Position numbers and translations under genes: made by a program. Shown here piece by piece: positions 28,122-41,012 of a stretch of DNA of 64,000 bases. The stretch covers positions 3,296,001-3,360,000 of the forward strand of contig CAWDXG010000004.1 of the NCBI GenBank assembly GCA_963806225.1, written 5' to 3'. This stretch comes from an uncultured delta proteobacterium (GTDB taxonomy: Bacteria > Myxococcota_A > Polyangia > Polyangiales > Polyangiaceae). Under the pieces are notes generated by a model, which was not told the origin of the DNA, searched no databases, and was given only the letters and a program-made list of their open reading frames with translations. Numbering within the stretch: the stretch's first letter is position 1; each line of letters opens with the position of its first letter.

Positions 28122-29388
28122 TCAGCGCGCGTCGAGCAGATCCGCCAGCGCCGCCGCGAGCACCTTGGTCGACGCGACCAGGTCGTCGACGACCACGTAC
28201 TCGTCGACCTGATGGGCGAGTTCGAGGATGCCGGGCCCGTAGGCGACGGTGTGCTCGATACCGCCGAGGCGGGCGAAGTGCTTCTGATCGTACGTGCCGG
28301 GGCTCGCGATCTGCTGCGCAGCCCGACCGAAGACCCCCTGCACTGCGGCATCGAGAGCGCGCACCAGCTCCGAGCCCTTTGGGGTCTGCACGGGATGCAC
28401 GACGAGCAGGTCCTCGAGCACGTAGCGACGTTCGGGGTTCTCGCTCTCTGCGCGCTCGAGCAGCGCGACGACCTCGCCCTTCGCCTGCTCGAAGCCTTCT
28501 TCCAGAAGGAAGCGCCGGTCGACGATGGCTTCGGCGCGGTCGGCGACGCACGGCGTCTGCGGCCACTGTCCGGCCTGCCCGCCCTGGATACTGTTCACGT
28601 TGATCGTCGCGCGGCGCGCGTCCGGAGGCACGACGGGCATCGACGTCGTGCGGCCGGAGAGCGACGGCACCAGCTCTGTCCGCACGCGCTCCACGAAATG
28701 CGCGATATGATCGATGGCGCTCGACCCGATGAACGGCATGCTGCCATGGGCGATACGCCCATGCGCCACCACGCGGAACCAGTACACCCCGCGATGACCG
28801 ATGCAGACGCGATCGGGATCGAGCGGTTCGGGGATGATCGCGTAGTCGGTGTTGTCGCTGGAGACGAGCCCCCGCTCGCACAGCCACGCCACGCCCGCCT
28901 CGCCGCCGCTCTCCTCGTCGGCGGTCCCGCTCAGGTCGATGCTGCCGCCGAGCGTGGCGCCGGCGCGCCTCAGCGCTTCCACGGCGTACACGGCCGCCGC
29001 AATCCCGCCTTTCATGTCGGCGGTGCCGCGACCGTAGAGCCTGCCGTCGCGAAGCACCGCGGCGAACGGATCGACGCTCCACCCTGTCCCCGGCGGCACT
29101 ACGTCGAGGTGCCCATTGAGGTGCACGCGCGGCCGATCGCGCTCGCCGCGCAGCCGGCCGATCACGTTGACGCGCGGGTGCTTGTCGGTGTGCTCGAGCC
29201 GTCCTTCCGCTTCGTGGTAGCTGACCTCGAAGCCGAAGCGTGAAAGCTCCGCCCCGAGCACTTCAGCGCACTCGCGGTAGCCTTCCCCGGGCGGATTCAC
29301 GCTCGGCACGCGCACCAGCCGTGCGCAGAAATCCACGAGCTCGTCGCGCGCGGCGTCGACCTCGGCAAAGGCGCGATCGATCAGTCGC

Positions 29389-29396
<8 letters not shown>
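28122..29396 (-). CDS. ArgE/DapE-family M20 metallo-amidohydrolase
   Basis: NGHLDVVP, LYGRGTADMKGG, DEESGG, AHGSMP, YGPG..ELAHQVDE; start overlaps the NCS1 stop. Confidence 0.88.
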
Positions 29397-30870
<1,474 letters not shown>

Positions 30871-30970
30871 GGCGGACGACAATAGACTGGATCGCCGCCG
30901 GGCCCAAACCGACCGGCAACCCAAGGACCCGCAGTGCAGCTGGGTCGTACGCGACAAAGGAGGAGATACC

Positions 30971-31234
30971 ATGAAGTTCCGCGTTGTCGTGCCCGCATCC
31001 CTCGCCGCACTGACCGCTCTCTCCGCAACACCACGCGCGCACGCCCAGACGAGGAGCGCGCAGAAGGTGGACCGCGGCTACATCTACAAGTTCATCGACG
31101 ACCCACTGGCAGCGGAGGGTGCGGCTGCAACCGGCTGGGTGCTGAAGCTCCACACGCCCGCGGCGCGCAGCCTGCTGATCCGCCCGCGCGCGTCGTTCGT
31201 GATGGAGATGTTCAAGTCGGTCGAGAAGCTCTGA
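30971..31234 (+). CDS. Small secreted CglF/GltF-like protein
   Basis: AGGAG RBS; signal peptide AHA-Q; F.DD..(x)..LIR.R..F......SV..L C-terminal pattern as remembered for myxobacterial CglF. Confidence 0.6.
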   Translation: MKFRVVVPASLAALTALSATPRAHAQTRSAQKVDRGYIYKFIDDPLAAEGAAATGWVLKLHTPAARSLLIRPRASFVMEMFKSVEKL

Positions 31235-31273
31235 CGGGAGCCCGGCAGGACCACCCGGGAGCGCCGCTCGCCG

Positions 31274-33310
31274 CTAGCCGCCCGGCACGCGCGCGTCGTG
31301 GATCGCTTCGGAGAGCTGTTCCAGATCGAACGGCTTCTGCAGGAAACCCGCCGCGCCCTGTTCCAGCAGCTCCTGGGCGCCACCCTCCACGGTGAAGCCG
31401 GAGCTGATCAACACGCGGACAGACGGATCCAGCTCGCGCAGAGCGTAGAACGTCTCGCGACCATTCTGCTTCGGCATCACCAGATCGAGAATCACGAGAT
31501 CGATGTCCGATCCGCTCTGACGGAACCGCTCGACCGCCTCGAAGCCGTCGGTGCAGGTCGTCGCGGAGTGACCGAGCTCTTCCACCAGCCGGGCCAGCAC
31601 CCGGCGCACCACAGGCTCGTCCTCGACCACCATGATCCGGAGTCCGCCGGTCCCGGACTCCAGAGGACGTGAGCCGCGGCGGCGGACGCGTTCTCCCCGG
31701 GTCTCGGGCAGGAAGAGCTCGAAGCTCGTGCCCGCGCCCGGGGCGGTGGTCACGGCAATGCCTCCGCCGTGGCTTCGCAGCGTGCCGTAGACGCTGGCCA
31801 GACCCATCCCAGTGCCCTTTCCGGGGGCCTTGGTCGTGAAGAACGGCTCGAACATGTGCTTGCGGGTCGCCTCGTCCATGCCCTCGCCGTCGTCCACGAC
31901 GCTCACGGACACATACGCTCCGGGCTCAACGTCGTGACCCAGGGCGCGTGCTTGTTCCGCATCGAGGTGGCAGCGCCGCGCCCCGAGCTTCAGCGTTCCC
32001 CCGTCCGGCATCGCATCGCGGGCGTTCAGGGCGAGGTTCAAGAAAGCGTTCTGCAGAAGCGATGCGTCGCCCAACGCATGCAGCGGTCCGGACGCTAGAT
32101 CGAGCTCGATGTCGATGCGCTTGTCGATGCTACGGCGCAAGAGCTCCACTGCGTCCGAGAGCACCTCGCCGACGTCCACGACCTCCCTGCGGTACTGACC
32201 CTTGCGCGCGAACGCGAGCAGCTTTCCGGTCAAGTCCGCGGAGCGCAACGCGGCCTGGGCGATCTGCTCCGCCCAACCGCGAAGAACGGGTTCATCGAGC
32301 CGCCCTGCGAGTAGATCGGCGGCCGCCAGGATACCCGTAAGCTGGTTGTTGAAGTCGTGGGCCATGCCCCCCGCGAGCTGGCCGATCGCGTCCAGCTTCT
32401 CGGAATGCCGCAGGCGCGTCTCGAGTTCGAGGCGCTCGGTGACATCTCGCAGGTTCGTCACCAGGCCGTCGATTCCGGGCACATCGAAGTACGCGGTGAC
32501 GGTTCCCTCGAAGACCACGTAGTCGCCGCTGCTGGTCCGCGCGCGCATGTCCTTCAACGCGATCGGGCGTCCGGGCTGGTCCGCCGCGCCCTGGTACGCT
32601 TCCAGGACCCGGGACAGGTCCGCGGGGTGGACCAGATCCATCGGCAGCTGCCCGAGCAGATCGCTTGGCTCGTAACCGTATCTGCGCACGGAGGGGCTTG
32701 CGTATGTGAAGCCCCGCGTCGGGTCCGCGATCAACGTGACGTCCACCGAGCGCTCGGTGAGAGCGCGGAAGCGCGACTCGCTCGCGCGGAGCTCCCGCGT
32801 CCGCTCGGCGACCTCGACTTCCAGCCGGTCCCGCGCGCCGCGCAGGGCAGCCTCGGCGCGCTTGCGGTCGGTGATGTCGCGGGAAAATTCAGAGAAGCCG
32901 ACGATCTTCCCGCCGTCGAGCACCGGATTGTACCGCACCTCGAAACTGCGAAGCCCGTCGGGGGTCGGCTGTTCGATTTCCACGGTGAAGCGCTCGCCGC
33001 TCAGCACGCGGCGATGGAAGTCGTCCCACATGGCACGCACTTCGGGATCGTCGAGCAGCTCATGCGGCTTGAGCCCCGGCCGCATCTCGATGCCAAGGAC
33101 GTGCCGCATGAGGTTGGCGTAGGCTGAATTGAAGAACAGCGGACTGCCGGTCGTGTCGCTGAACAGGATGAAGTCGTCCGTGTTCTCCAGCAGCGCCAGC
33201 AGGTTCGCATGGGCCTTGTCGACGGGTTGCGTTGCGCCATCGGGCGTCCCCACCCCATCCGCGTGGATGTCGCCCCCGCTCCCAGATGAAAAGGAGTTCG
33301 GCTCGGACAT
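31274..33310 (-). CDS. Hybrid PAS-PAS sensor histidine kinase with receiver domain
   Basis: [14 protein letters not shown]-box, [29 protein letters not shown]; receiver VVEDE...LDLVMP...FLQKPF. Confidence 0.9.
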   Translation of the reverse strand: MSEPNSFSSGSGGDIHADGVGTPDGATQPVDKAHANLLALLENTDDFILFSDTTGSPLFFNSAYANLMRHVLGIEMRPGLKPHELLDDPEVRAMWDDFHRRVLSGERFTVEIEQPTPDGLRSFEVRYNPVLDGGKIVGFSEFSRDITDRKRAEAALRGARDRLEVEVAERTRELRASESRFRALTERSVDVTLIADPTRGFTYASPSVRRYGYEPSDLLGQLPMDLVHPADLSRVLEAYQGAADQPGRPIALKDMRARTSSGDYVVFEGTVTAYFDVPGIDGLVTNLRDVTERLELETRLRHSEKLDAIGQLAGGMAHDFNNQLTGILAAADLLAGRLDEPVLRGWAEQIAQAALRSADLTGKLLAFARKGQYRREVVDVGEVLSDAVELLRRSIDKRIDIELDLASGPLHALGDASLLQNAFLNLALNARDAMPDGGTLKLGARRCHLDAEQARALGHDVEPGAYVSVSVVDDGEGMDEATRKHMFEPFFTTKAPGKGTGMGLASVYGTLRSHGGGIAVTTAPGAGTSFELFLPETRGERVRRRGSRPLESGTGGLRIMVVEDEPVVRRVLARLVEELGHSATTCTDGFEAVERFRQSGSDIDLVILDLVMPKQNGRETFYALRELDPSVRVLISSGFTVEGGAQELLEQGAAGFLQKPFDLEQLSEAIHDARVPGG

Positions 33311-33366
33311 GGTCTTCCTATTGTACCGTCCCGCGCGCTGAGTCGAGCCCGACGGCGTGACGGGGA

Positions 33367-34900
33367 CTATTTTCCGCCCTCCGGCCGCCCCGAAGCACCA
33401 AGCCGCTCCCGGACAATCGCCGCCAGCTCCGGCTTGACAACCTTGCCGACCGGATTGCGTGGCAGCGCATCGAAAACGACGACGCGCTTCGGCACCTTGT
33501 AGGCGGCAATGCGCTCCTTGGCCCAGGCCCGCAAGCGGCTCTTCCTCGACCTCTGCGGCGCGCCCCGGTCGGGGAATGACGGCCGCCACGGCGATCTCGC
33601 CCCAGGTCTCGTCGGGCAGCCCCACCACCGCCACGTCCGCGACGGCCTCGTGCTCGCGCAGCACTTCCTCGATCTCGAGCGCGCTCAACTTGTAGCCGCC
33701 GCTCTTGAGGATATCCACGCTGGTACGCCCGAGGATCTTCGCGTAGCCACCCGGAAGCCAGGTCGCCGTGTCGCCGCTTTTGAACCAGCCGTCCGTAAAG
33801 GCTTCGCGCGTGGCCTCGTCGTTGTTGTCGTAGCCCTTGAACACTCCGGGCCCGCGGATCCAGATCTCTCCGCTCTCGCCCGGCGCCACGTCCGTGCCGT
33901 CCTCGCCGACGATGCGGATCCGCATGCCGGGCAGCGGGCGCCCGCAGCTTCCGGGACGCCGCTCGCCGTTGACCGGGTTGGTCATACCGACGCCGATCTC
34001 CGTCATTCCGAAGCGCTCGAGCGGATAGTCGCCCGTCAGCGCGCGCCAGCGTTCGCCCACGGTCGTCGGCAGCGCCGCCGAGCCGCTGGTGACCAGGCGC
34101 AGGTGCGCGGCGTTCTGCGTCCAGCGTGCCCGGGTCGCCCGCGTCGGCCGCATCGAGCGCGTCGAGCAGCTTCTTGTGCATGGTCGGCACGCCCATCAGC
34201 ACCGTGGACTCGCCCATGGCGTCCCACAGCCGCGCCGCATCGAAGCGCGCCAGCATGCGCGTCTTGCCACCGGCGAGCAGCGACGTGAAGAGCGCTATCC
34301 CGAGCCCGTGCAGGTGGTGGAGCGGCAGACTATGCAGCAGCGTGTCTTCCGCGCGACCACTTCCACGCCGAAGCGAGCATGCGAGCCGTCGCCGCCAGGT
34401 TCTCGTGCGTGATGAGCGCGCCCTTCGGCTTGCCGGTGGTGCCGCTGGTGTACAGGATGAGCGCGGTGTCGTCGTCCGCGCTGTCCGCCGGCTCGGCGCG
34501 CTCGGCGTGGGCGCGGAGCTCCTCGATAGAGCAGCACCGCGCGATCGCCCGCGTAGGGCGCCACGCGCGGGGCAAGCTCCTCCGAAACGACGATCGCGCG
34601 CGCGCCGGATGTCTCCACGAACCAGCGCTGCTCGGCCTCGGGGTGCAGATGGCTCAGCGGCACCAGCGTCGCGTCCGCCAGCACGCCGCCGAAGAACGCT
34701 TCCACCCACCCCGAGCCCTGCGTCACCAGCATCGCCACGCGCTTGCCGGACAGGCCCCGTGCCCGTAGCGCCCCCGCCACACTCGCGGCACGCCGCCCGA
34801 TCTCCGCGAAGCTCACCGCTTCGACGTCGTCGTGGATGGCGATGCGCGCGTCGTCCGCCGCCGTCAGATCGAGAAAGCGCAAGACCAGGCTGCTCCTCAT
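33367..34900 (-). CDS. Acyl-CoA synthetase (MatB/malonyl-CoA synthetase-like), read across four +1 frameshifts (~34530, ~34355, ~34140, ~33535)
   Basis: [65 protein letters not shown] appear in order in successive frames; may be a pseudogene or a sequencing error. Confidence 0.8.
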
Positions 34901-34942
34901 GACCGGAAGGTCATGCCCTCGCCCGGGCGAGCTGGCAAGCCG

Positions 34943-35518
34943 TCAGACTACGCCGGCCAGGAGCAACGCGCCGATCACGGCGAACACGCCCGCAGCCACT
35001 TTCTGCGTCAGCGCCGGCGAGAGCAGCTTGCCGGCGCGGTTACCGACGAAGACAGCGATCGCCGTCACGGACCAGAGCGCGAGGGTCGACGCGAGCAGTA
35101 TCGTCAGCCAGGCGTGGTACTTCGCCTCGAAACCCGCCGTGCCGATCTGCGTGAGGTCGCCCCACTCCGCGACGAACACCACGGCGAACACGGTCCAGAG
35201 AGCGCTCCAGAACCCCGCCTTCTCTTCGGCCTTCGTATCCGGCTCGTCGCCTTCGGCCTTCTTGAGCCACATGACCAGCGCGCAGCCGAGGAACAGCAGC
35301 CCCGCCCCGACGTGGACCACGTGCTCCGGCAGCTTCGCGAGCAGCGAACCGGCGCCGACCGCGATCAAGCTCTGCAATGCGAGCGCCAGCGCCGCGCCAA
35401 GGAACACCGGCAGCGCCCGGTGCCGCGACGCCAGCACCATGGCGGAAAGCGCAGTCTTGTCCGGCAGCTCCGCCAGGAAGATGACGCCGAACACGCTGAA
35501 GAAGAGCTGCAGACTCAT
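34943..35518 (-). CDS. TMEM165/GDT1 (UPF0016) family Mn2+/Ca2+ transporter
   Basis: Duplicated motif AELPDKT / AEWGDLTQ; 6 TM. Confidence 0.88.
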   Translation of the reverse strand: MSLQLFFSVFGVIFLAELPDKTALSAMVLASRHRALPVFLGAALALALQSLIAVGAGSLLAKLPEHVVHVGAGLLFLGCALVMWLKKAEGDEPDTKAEEKAGFWSALWTVFAVVFVAEWGDLTQIGTAGFEAKYHAWLTILLASTLALWSVTAIAVFVGNRAGKLLSPALTQKVAAGVFAVIGALLLAGVV

Positions 35519-35573
35519 TGGATGACTACCGCGTAGCCCGGGCGAAGCTGGGAGACTAGGCTCGCGAGCGCCC

Positions 35574-36671
35574 ATGCTTCATCCCGCTGGCCCGCTGCTG
35601 TTTGCGCTCGCGCTGGTGTGCTGGGCTGCCGGCGCGGCAGCGCATGTGCTTCCGCGCAGCTACTGCACGGTCCGGACGGCGCCGGGCGGCATCGACGTGA
35701 GCGTCGAGACGGCCGGGCACCTGCTCGCCGCTCCGCTCGGCCTGTCATCGCGCCACCCGGACGAGAAGGTGCTGCGCGAAGCCATTCCGCGCTTCGTGCA
35801 GCAGATCGAGGACCACGTGCAGGCGCGCACTCCGGCCGGCGCGTGCACGGTCAAAGCCGATCCTGCCGAGGTGATCCACGACCAGGGCGAGCCCGCGCTC
35901 CGGGTCATGCTGCACTTCGGCTGCCCGACAGGGCCGGTCACGCTGCATAACAGCTGGCGCTTCGACGTCGATCCTTCCAGCGAGACCGTCTGCGCGATCA
36001 ACGGCTCGGCCTGGGTGTTCCGGCCCGGGATGGCCGAGCGCGTGGTCGGCACGCCGCCGACACTCGGCCAGGTGCTCTCGAACTTCGTGGTGCTCGGCAT
36101 GAAGCACGTCGAGAGCGGCATCGACCACATCCTGTTCGTGATCGGGCTGCTCCTGGCGGCGGCGCTCGCCACGCGGCAGCAGAGCCTCGGCAGCGCGACG
36201 CGCGCGGTAGCCGGCGTGGTGACGGGCTTCACGCTCGGCCATTCCATCACGTTGATCGCCGCCGGGCTCGGCGTGGTGCGCCTGCCGTCGCGCTTCACCG
36301 AGAGCGCCATCGCGCTCAGCATCGTAGTGGTGTGCGTGGAGAATATCGCGCGTCACGAGATCCGCGGCCGCTTCTTGACCGCCGCTCTGTTCGGCCTGGT
36401 GCACGGCTTCGGCTTCGCGTCCGTGCTCGCCGACATCGAGCTGCCGAGCCGCGGGACGGTGCTCGCGCTGGTGTCGTTCAACGTCGGCATCGAGCTCGCC
36501 CAGCTGATCGTCGTCGTAATCGCCTTCCCGCCCCTCGCCCTCGCTTCTCGCCGGCCCTGGTACAGAAAACGCGTCCTTGTCCCGCTCTCGGCCGCAGTCG
36601 CGCTCGTCGCCGCGGTATGGTTGGTCAAACGCGCGCTGGGGCTCGACTTCCTGCCCTGGCTCGGCAGCTAG
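35574..36671 (+). CDS. HupE/UreJ-family membrane protein with N-terminal extracytoplasmic domain
   Basis: Signal peptide-AH; G..H...GIDHILF, FTLGHSITL, E.AIALSI, FGLVHGFGFA, FNVGIELAQ. Confidence 0.85.
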   Translation: MLHPAGPLLFALALVCWAAGAAAHVLPRSYCTVRTAPGGIDVSVETAGHLLAAPLGLSSRHPDEKVLREAIPRFVQQIEDHVQARTPAGACTVKADPAEVIHDQGEPALRVMLHFGCPTGPVTLHNSWRFDVDPSSETVCAINGSAWVFRPGMAERVVGTPPTLGQVLSNFVVLGMKHVESGIDHILFVIGLLLAAALATRQQSLGSATRAVAGVVTGFTLGHSITLIAAGLGVVRLPSRFTESAIALSIVVVCVENIARHEIRGRFLTAALFGLVHGFGFASVLADIELPSRGTVLALVSFNVGIELAQLIVVVIAFPPLALASRRPWYRKRVLVPLSAAVALVAAVWLVKRALGLDFLPWLGS

Positions 36672-36685
36672 CGGCGCTGCCCGAC

Positions 36686-36728
36686 TGTGCCAACCGGCTG
36701 GCACACTTCCAGCGCGCTTCCGCTGGAA
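36686..36728. promoter_or_regulatory. Two adjacent inverted repeats, possible enhancer-binding sites or terminator
   Basis: tgtgcca-N6-tggcaca (36686-36705) and ttccagcg-N6-cgctggaa (36707-36728). Confidence 0.35.
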
Positions 36729-36754
36729 ATCCCGACCGACAAGACATCTCCGAG

Positions 36755-36770
36755 GGGCACGGATCTTGCT
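36755..36770 (+). promoter_or_regulatory. Putative sigma-54 (-24/-12) promoter of the serpin gene
   Basis: gGGCACGgatcTTGCt: GG-N10-GC, close to the TGGCACG-N4-TTGC consensus; 25 nt before a GGAG-preceded ATG. Confidence 0.55.
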
Positions 36771-36795
36771 GCGATTGTCGCGGCGGGAGACACCG

Positions 36796-37337
36796 ATGAA
36801 GAGACAGCTAGCGATAGGAATCCTTGGGGCCGGGACGCTGGCGCTCGGCCTGTTCCTGGGCGTGGCGTGCTCCACGACGCCGGCGCCGCACGACACGACA
36901 CGACACGACGAGCGTGCTGCGCTCGGATCTGCCGCGCAACAACAGCCCCGCCGTGGACGCCGCCGACTACCAGTCGTTGATTGCCGGGAACACCGCATTC
37001 GCGTTCGACCTGTACGCGGAGCTGAGCAGCGGCGAAAACGACAACATCACTCGCGAAGCCCCTGGAGGCGCTGGGCATGACGGACGCTTTCGGAGCGGCC
37101 GACTTCAGCGGCATCACCAGCACGCCGCTTCATATCCGGGACGTCCTGCAGAAGGCGACCATCAGCGTCGACGAGTCGGGCACCGAAGCGACCGCCGCCA
37201 CCTCCATCGAGTTCGCCGACGCAGGCGCACTGCTGAATCCGCTGGATTTCAGTGTGGACCGCCCGTTCTTGTTTTTCGTCCGCGACGAGAACGGCACGCT
37301 GCTGTTCATGGGCCAGGTGACGAACCCGGCGAGCTGA
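36796..37337 (+). pseudogene. Serpin (serine protease inhibitor) lipoprotein, frameshifted and missing most of its core
   Basis: LGVAC lipobox; helix A N.AFAFDLY.EL...NI joined at ~37047 to L..LGMTDAF..ADFSGI..VDESGTEATAAT..F.VDRPFLFFVRD..GTLLFMGQV.NP; (CACGA)4 at 36889-36908. Confidence 0.8.
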
Positions 37338-37379
37338 TCGGAGCCGCACCGGCGCCGCGATCCGTAGTACCCTGGGTGC

Positions 37380-39053
37380 ATGGGACGCGCTCGGGTGGGC
37401 TTTGCTCTGGGGATAGTGTTGGTGATCGGGCTTTCGGCGGCGCCGGCTCTCGCCACGGATTTCTACGTGGATCCGGTCCACGGCAGCATGTCGGGCGACG
37501 GCAGCAAGGCCAAGCCGTGGAAGACGCTCGAAGCGGTGGTCGCCGCCAATCTCATCGAGAGCCAGAAGTGGAAGACGCTGCCCTACGCGGCCGGCGACAC
37601 ACTGGTCGCGAAGAACGCCGGCGCGCCGGTGAAGGCGGGCGACACGGTCTACCTGATGAGCGGCTACCACGGCGCGGTCACGCTGCAGGGCTACTACAAC
37701 ACTTCGCCCATCACGATCGCTGCCGCGCCCGGGCAGAAGCCGGAGCTATCACGGGTGCTGATCCAGGCCGGGAAGAACTGGAAGGTCTCCGGTCTGTACG
37801 TGAGCCCCGGGTACGCGCCCACCTACAACCGACAGACCATGTTCACGATCGAGAGCCACAACTACCAGGGCCCGGTCTCGGACGTCGTCGTCGAGGGCTG
37901 CACGCTGCAGTCGAAAGCCGACGTTTCCGCGTGGACGGCAAGCGACTGGGATCAGCTCTCGGCCAATGGCTTTTCGGTCGGCGGCAGCCACATCACCATC
38001 CGGGGAAACCACCTGAAGAACGTCAACTTCGGCATCAGCGTGGGCGCGTCCGACTCGCTCATCGAGCACAACGTCGTGGACTCGTTTGCCGGCGATGGCA
38101 TGCGCGGCCTCGGCGACAACACGGTGTTCCAGTACAACCTGGTCAAGAACTGCTACGACGTGAACGCCAACCACGACGACGGCTTCCAGTCGTGGTCCGT
38201 CGGGGCGAACGGCGTAGGCACGGGCCAGGTGACGGGCATTGTCCTCCGCGGCAATACCATCATCAACTACGAAGACCCGAAGCAGCCGTTCCGCGGCACG
38301 CTGCAGGGCATCGGCTGCTTCGACGGCACCTACGTCGACTGGGTCGTGGAAAACAACGTGATCATCACCGACCACTGGCACGGCATCACGTTCCTTGGCG
38401 CGAAGAATGTTCACGTCATCAACAACACCGTCATCGATCCGAACACGACGAAACCCGGCCCGCCTTGGATCGACATCGGCAACCACAAGGACGGCACGCC
38501 GCCAGTGGGTTGCATCGTGCGCAACAACCTCGTCACCGACCTGAACCTGGCCTCGAGCGGCGTGACCGAGGATCACAACATCATCGTCAAGGACTACTCG
38601 TTGTTCTTTGTCGATGCGGCGGGATACGATCTGCACCTTGTGCCGACCGCAAGCGCGATCGACCAGGGCTCCCCGGATCTGGCGCCCCCCATCGACGAGG
38701 AAGGCATTCCACGGCCAGAGGGCGCGGGGTTCGACGTGGGCGCCTACGAGTGGCACGACCCGAGCGTGACGCCGCCCGATGGCGGGCCCGGCTCTGGAGG
38801 CAGCGTCGGCACGGGCGGCAGCGGCGGCGCGGGCGCGGGCGCGGGCGGCGCGGCGCCGGACGGCGGGTCCAGCGGCGGAAGCCCCGGGAACGGCGGCGGC
38901 GCGGCCGGCGCCAGCTCCAGTGGAGCCACCAGCGGCGACACGGGCGGCTGCGGCTGCCGCACCGCACCATGCCAGAGCCCGGCTCCGGCGTGGTTCGCGC
39001 TGCTGTTCGCCGCCGGCCTCGCGACGCGACGCACCCGAAGCCGGCAGACGTGA
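37380..39053 (+). CDS. Right-handed parallel beta-helix (pectate lyase-like) surface protein with MYXO-CTERM-like tail
   Basis: Signal peptide; FYVDP..G...GDGS..KPWKTL; repeated ..NN.I strands; NHDDGFQ; AIDQG..D..G.PRP....DVGAYE; Gly linker, GCGC-hydrophobic-RR. Confidence 0.8.
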   Translation: MGRARVGFALGIVLVIGLSAAPALATDFYVDPVHGSMSGDGSKAKPWKTLEAVVAANLIESQKWKTLPYAAGDTLVAKNAGAPVKAGDTVYLMSGYHGAVTLQGYYNTSPITIAAAPGQKPELSRVLIQAGKNWKVSGLYVSPGYAPTYNRQTMFTIESHNYQGPVSDVVVEGCTLQSKADVSAWTASDWDQLSANGFSVGGSHITIRGNHLKNVNFGISVGASDSLIEHNVVDSFAGDGMRGLGDNTVFQYNLVKNCYDVNANHDDGFQSWSVGANGVGTGQVTGIVLRGNTIINYEDPKQPFRGTLQGIGCFDGTYVDWVVENNVIITDHWHGITFLGAKNVHVINNTVIDPNTTKPGPPWIDIGNHKDGTPPVGCIVRNNLVTDLNLASSGVTEDHNIIVKDYSLFFVDAAGYDLHLVPTASAIDQGSPDLAPPIDEEGIPRPEGAGFDVGAYEWHDPSVTPPDGGPGSGGSVGTGGSGGAGAGAGGAAPDGGSSGGSPGNGGGAAGASSSGATSGDTGGCGCRTAPCQSPAPAWFALLFAAGLATRRTRSRQT

Positions 39054-39059
39054 CGGGCG

Positions 39060-41012
39060 CTACTTCTCGAGCACGCTGCGGATGACCTCGATGAACTGGT
39101 CGGGGTGATACGGTTTGGGCAGGAAGGCTGCCAACCCTTTCCCTACGAAGCGGCTGGTCGCGTCCTGCGTGTCGTATCCGCTGCTGAGGATGACGCGCAG
39201 CCCGGGCCGCGTCTGACGAAGCCGGCGGAAGGTCTCTTCGCCACTCATGTGCGGCATCGTCATGTCCAGCAGCACGAGGCGGAGGTCCGGTCGCTCCCCG
39301 GCGATGCGCAGCGCTTCTTCGCCATCCGCCGCGAGCAGCACGTCGAAGCCCGCCTGGACCAGGATCCGCCGGGCCAGCGTGCGCACGCCCGCCTCGTCGT
39401 CGACGACCAGGACCGTTCCGCGGGAGGTCCACCCGGATAGCGATTGGGCCTTCTCCGCCGCGGTCGGGGCGGGAGCCTCCGACACGGGGAAGAACACCAT
39501 GAACGAGGTCCCGCGCCCCACTTCCGAAAGCACGCGCAGGGCGGCGCGGTGTCCGTGGACGATCCCGAGCACGGCGGCGAGGCCGAGTCCCCTTCCGGTG
39601 AACTTGGTCGTGAAAAAAGGATCGAAGATCTTCGACCGCGTCGCGGCATCCATGCCTCCACCGGTGTCCGAGACCTCCAACCAGGTATAGAGTCCGGGCC
39701 CCGCATCGGCCCGGACATCCATGGAAGCCAGGTACTCGGCGGAGCACTGCGAAGTCCCGGTCTTGATCGAGATGCTGCCGGCGCTCTCGCCAATGGCGTC
39801 GGACGCGTTCGTGATCAGGTTCATCACGATCTGGCGGAACTGGGTTACGTCCACCTTGATCGGGGCGGCATGAGGGTCGAGGTCCCAGTGTAGAGTTGCG
39901 GTCTTGCTGATCGACACGTCGAGGAGCGTGCTCATCTCGCGGACGATCTGGTTGATGTCGACGGCGCGGATGACGAACCGTCCCTTGCCGGAGTAGGCCA
40001 ACAGCTGCTTGCAGAGCTCCGCAGCGCGCTGCCCCGCCGTGGAGATCTCGCGCAGGCAGGCAGAAGCGGGGGATGCCAACTCGATCTGCGCACCGGCCAG
40101 CTCGGCGTTCCCGAGGATCGCGACCAGAAGGTTGTTGAAGTCGTGGGCGATCCCACCCGCGAGAACGCCGAGGCTCTCGAGCTTCTGGGCGTGGAGCACG
40201 CTGGCGTGCATCTTCTCGCGCTCGGTTTCGGCACGCCGTTGAGGCGTGATGTCGGTCCACACCTGGCCCGCGAGCTGTTCGGCGCCGAGCATGCCCGCAT
40301 CGAAACGCTGCACCAGCAGGTGCCGGACCTGGCCGCCGGAGCCCAGCGAGCGCTCCGCGGACCGCTCCGGTTCGCCGGCTTCCACAACCGCCGCCGCTTC
40401 CGGAGAGAGCGCTTCGTCGGGAAGGAGCCCCACCGGATTCTTGCGAACGGGACCGAACCAGCGACAGAACGTCGTGTTCGTCAAGACGAAGCGCCCTCGG
40501 GAGTTGCGTACACAGACAGCGACCGGGAGACCGTCGACGGTGCTCTGCAGGCGCGCCTCGGCCTCCCGGCGCTGCGCATTCTCCGATCGGAGCGCGTCGA
40601 CCTTCTCGGTCAGCATGGCAAAAGGAGACGGACGGTGCGCCTGCAGACGCACCATCAGAGCAGGCGCCCTGGAATCCGGTGCACCGAGCACTCCCGCGGA
40701 CATCCGGCATCTGAGCCCCACCCCGCCGACGGCCAGCTCCGCGGCACCCGGGATGGGCGCGCTACTCCGCCAGGCCGCAGAAAGATAGCGCTGGAATTTC
40801 TCCATCCCGGAGACCACCAGCGAGCCGAGCTGTGCGCCTACGAGCACCGCGCGTTCGCGCTCGAGCAGCCGGCACGCCGGCGGATTGGCCTCGTGAATCG
40901 TCCCGTCGGCGCCGATGAGGAACGTGGCATCCAGAAGCAGCCCGAGCAGACGCTGCCGTTCCTCCAGTGCGCTAGGCCGGGCCGAAGTACTCGCGTCCAT
41001 GGGCTGGCTCAC
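39060..41012 (-). CDS. Hybrid PAS sensor histidine kinase with receiver domain
   Basis: [42 protein letters not shown]; receiver VVDDE..LDMTMP..FLPKPY; start may be ATG 41000. Confidence 0.9.
   Translation of the reverse strand: MSQPMDASTSARPSALEERQRLLGLLLDATFLIGADGTIHEANPPACRLLERERAVLVGAQLGSLVVSGMEKFQRYLSAAWRSSAPIPGAAELAVGGVGLRCRMSAGVLGAPDSRAPALMVRLQAHRPSPFAMLTEKVDALRSENAQRREAEARLQSTVDGLPVAVCVRNSRGRFVLTNTTFCRWFGPVRKNPVGLLPDEALSPEAAAVVEAGEPERSAERSLGSGGQVRHLLVQRFDAGMLGAEQLAGQVWTDITPQRRAETEREKMHASVLHAQKLESLGVLAGGIAHDFNNLLVAILGNAELAGAQIELASPASACLREISTAGQRAAELCKQLLAYSGKGRFVIRAVDINQIVREMSTLLDVSISKTATLHWDLDPHAAPIKVDVTQFRQIVMNLITNASDAIGESAGSISIKTGTSQCSAEYLASMDVRADAGPGLYTWLEVSDTGGGMDAATRSKIFDPFFTTKFTGRGLGLAAVLGIVHGHRAALRVLSEVGRGTSFMVFFPVSEAPAPTAAEKAQSLSGWTSRGTVLVVDDEAGVRTLARRILVQAGFDVLLAADGEEALRIAGERPDLRLVLLDMTMPHMSGEETFRRLRQTRPGLRVILSSGYDTQDATSRFVGKGLAAFLPKPYHPDQFIEVIRSVLEK

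Noticed and set aside
31274..34153. 959-aa ORF suggesting an acyl-CoA synthetase-histidine kinase fusion
   Set aside because: Artefact of the +1 frameshift at ~33535; the ligase ends at the TAG at 33367-33369 in another frame and the kinase has its own start at 33310
35519..35573. yybP-ykoY manganese riboswitch upstream of the TMEM165/GDT1 gene
   Set aside because: Intergenic space is only 55 bp and no recognisable aptamer is present
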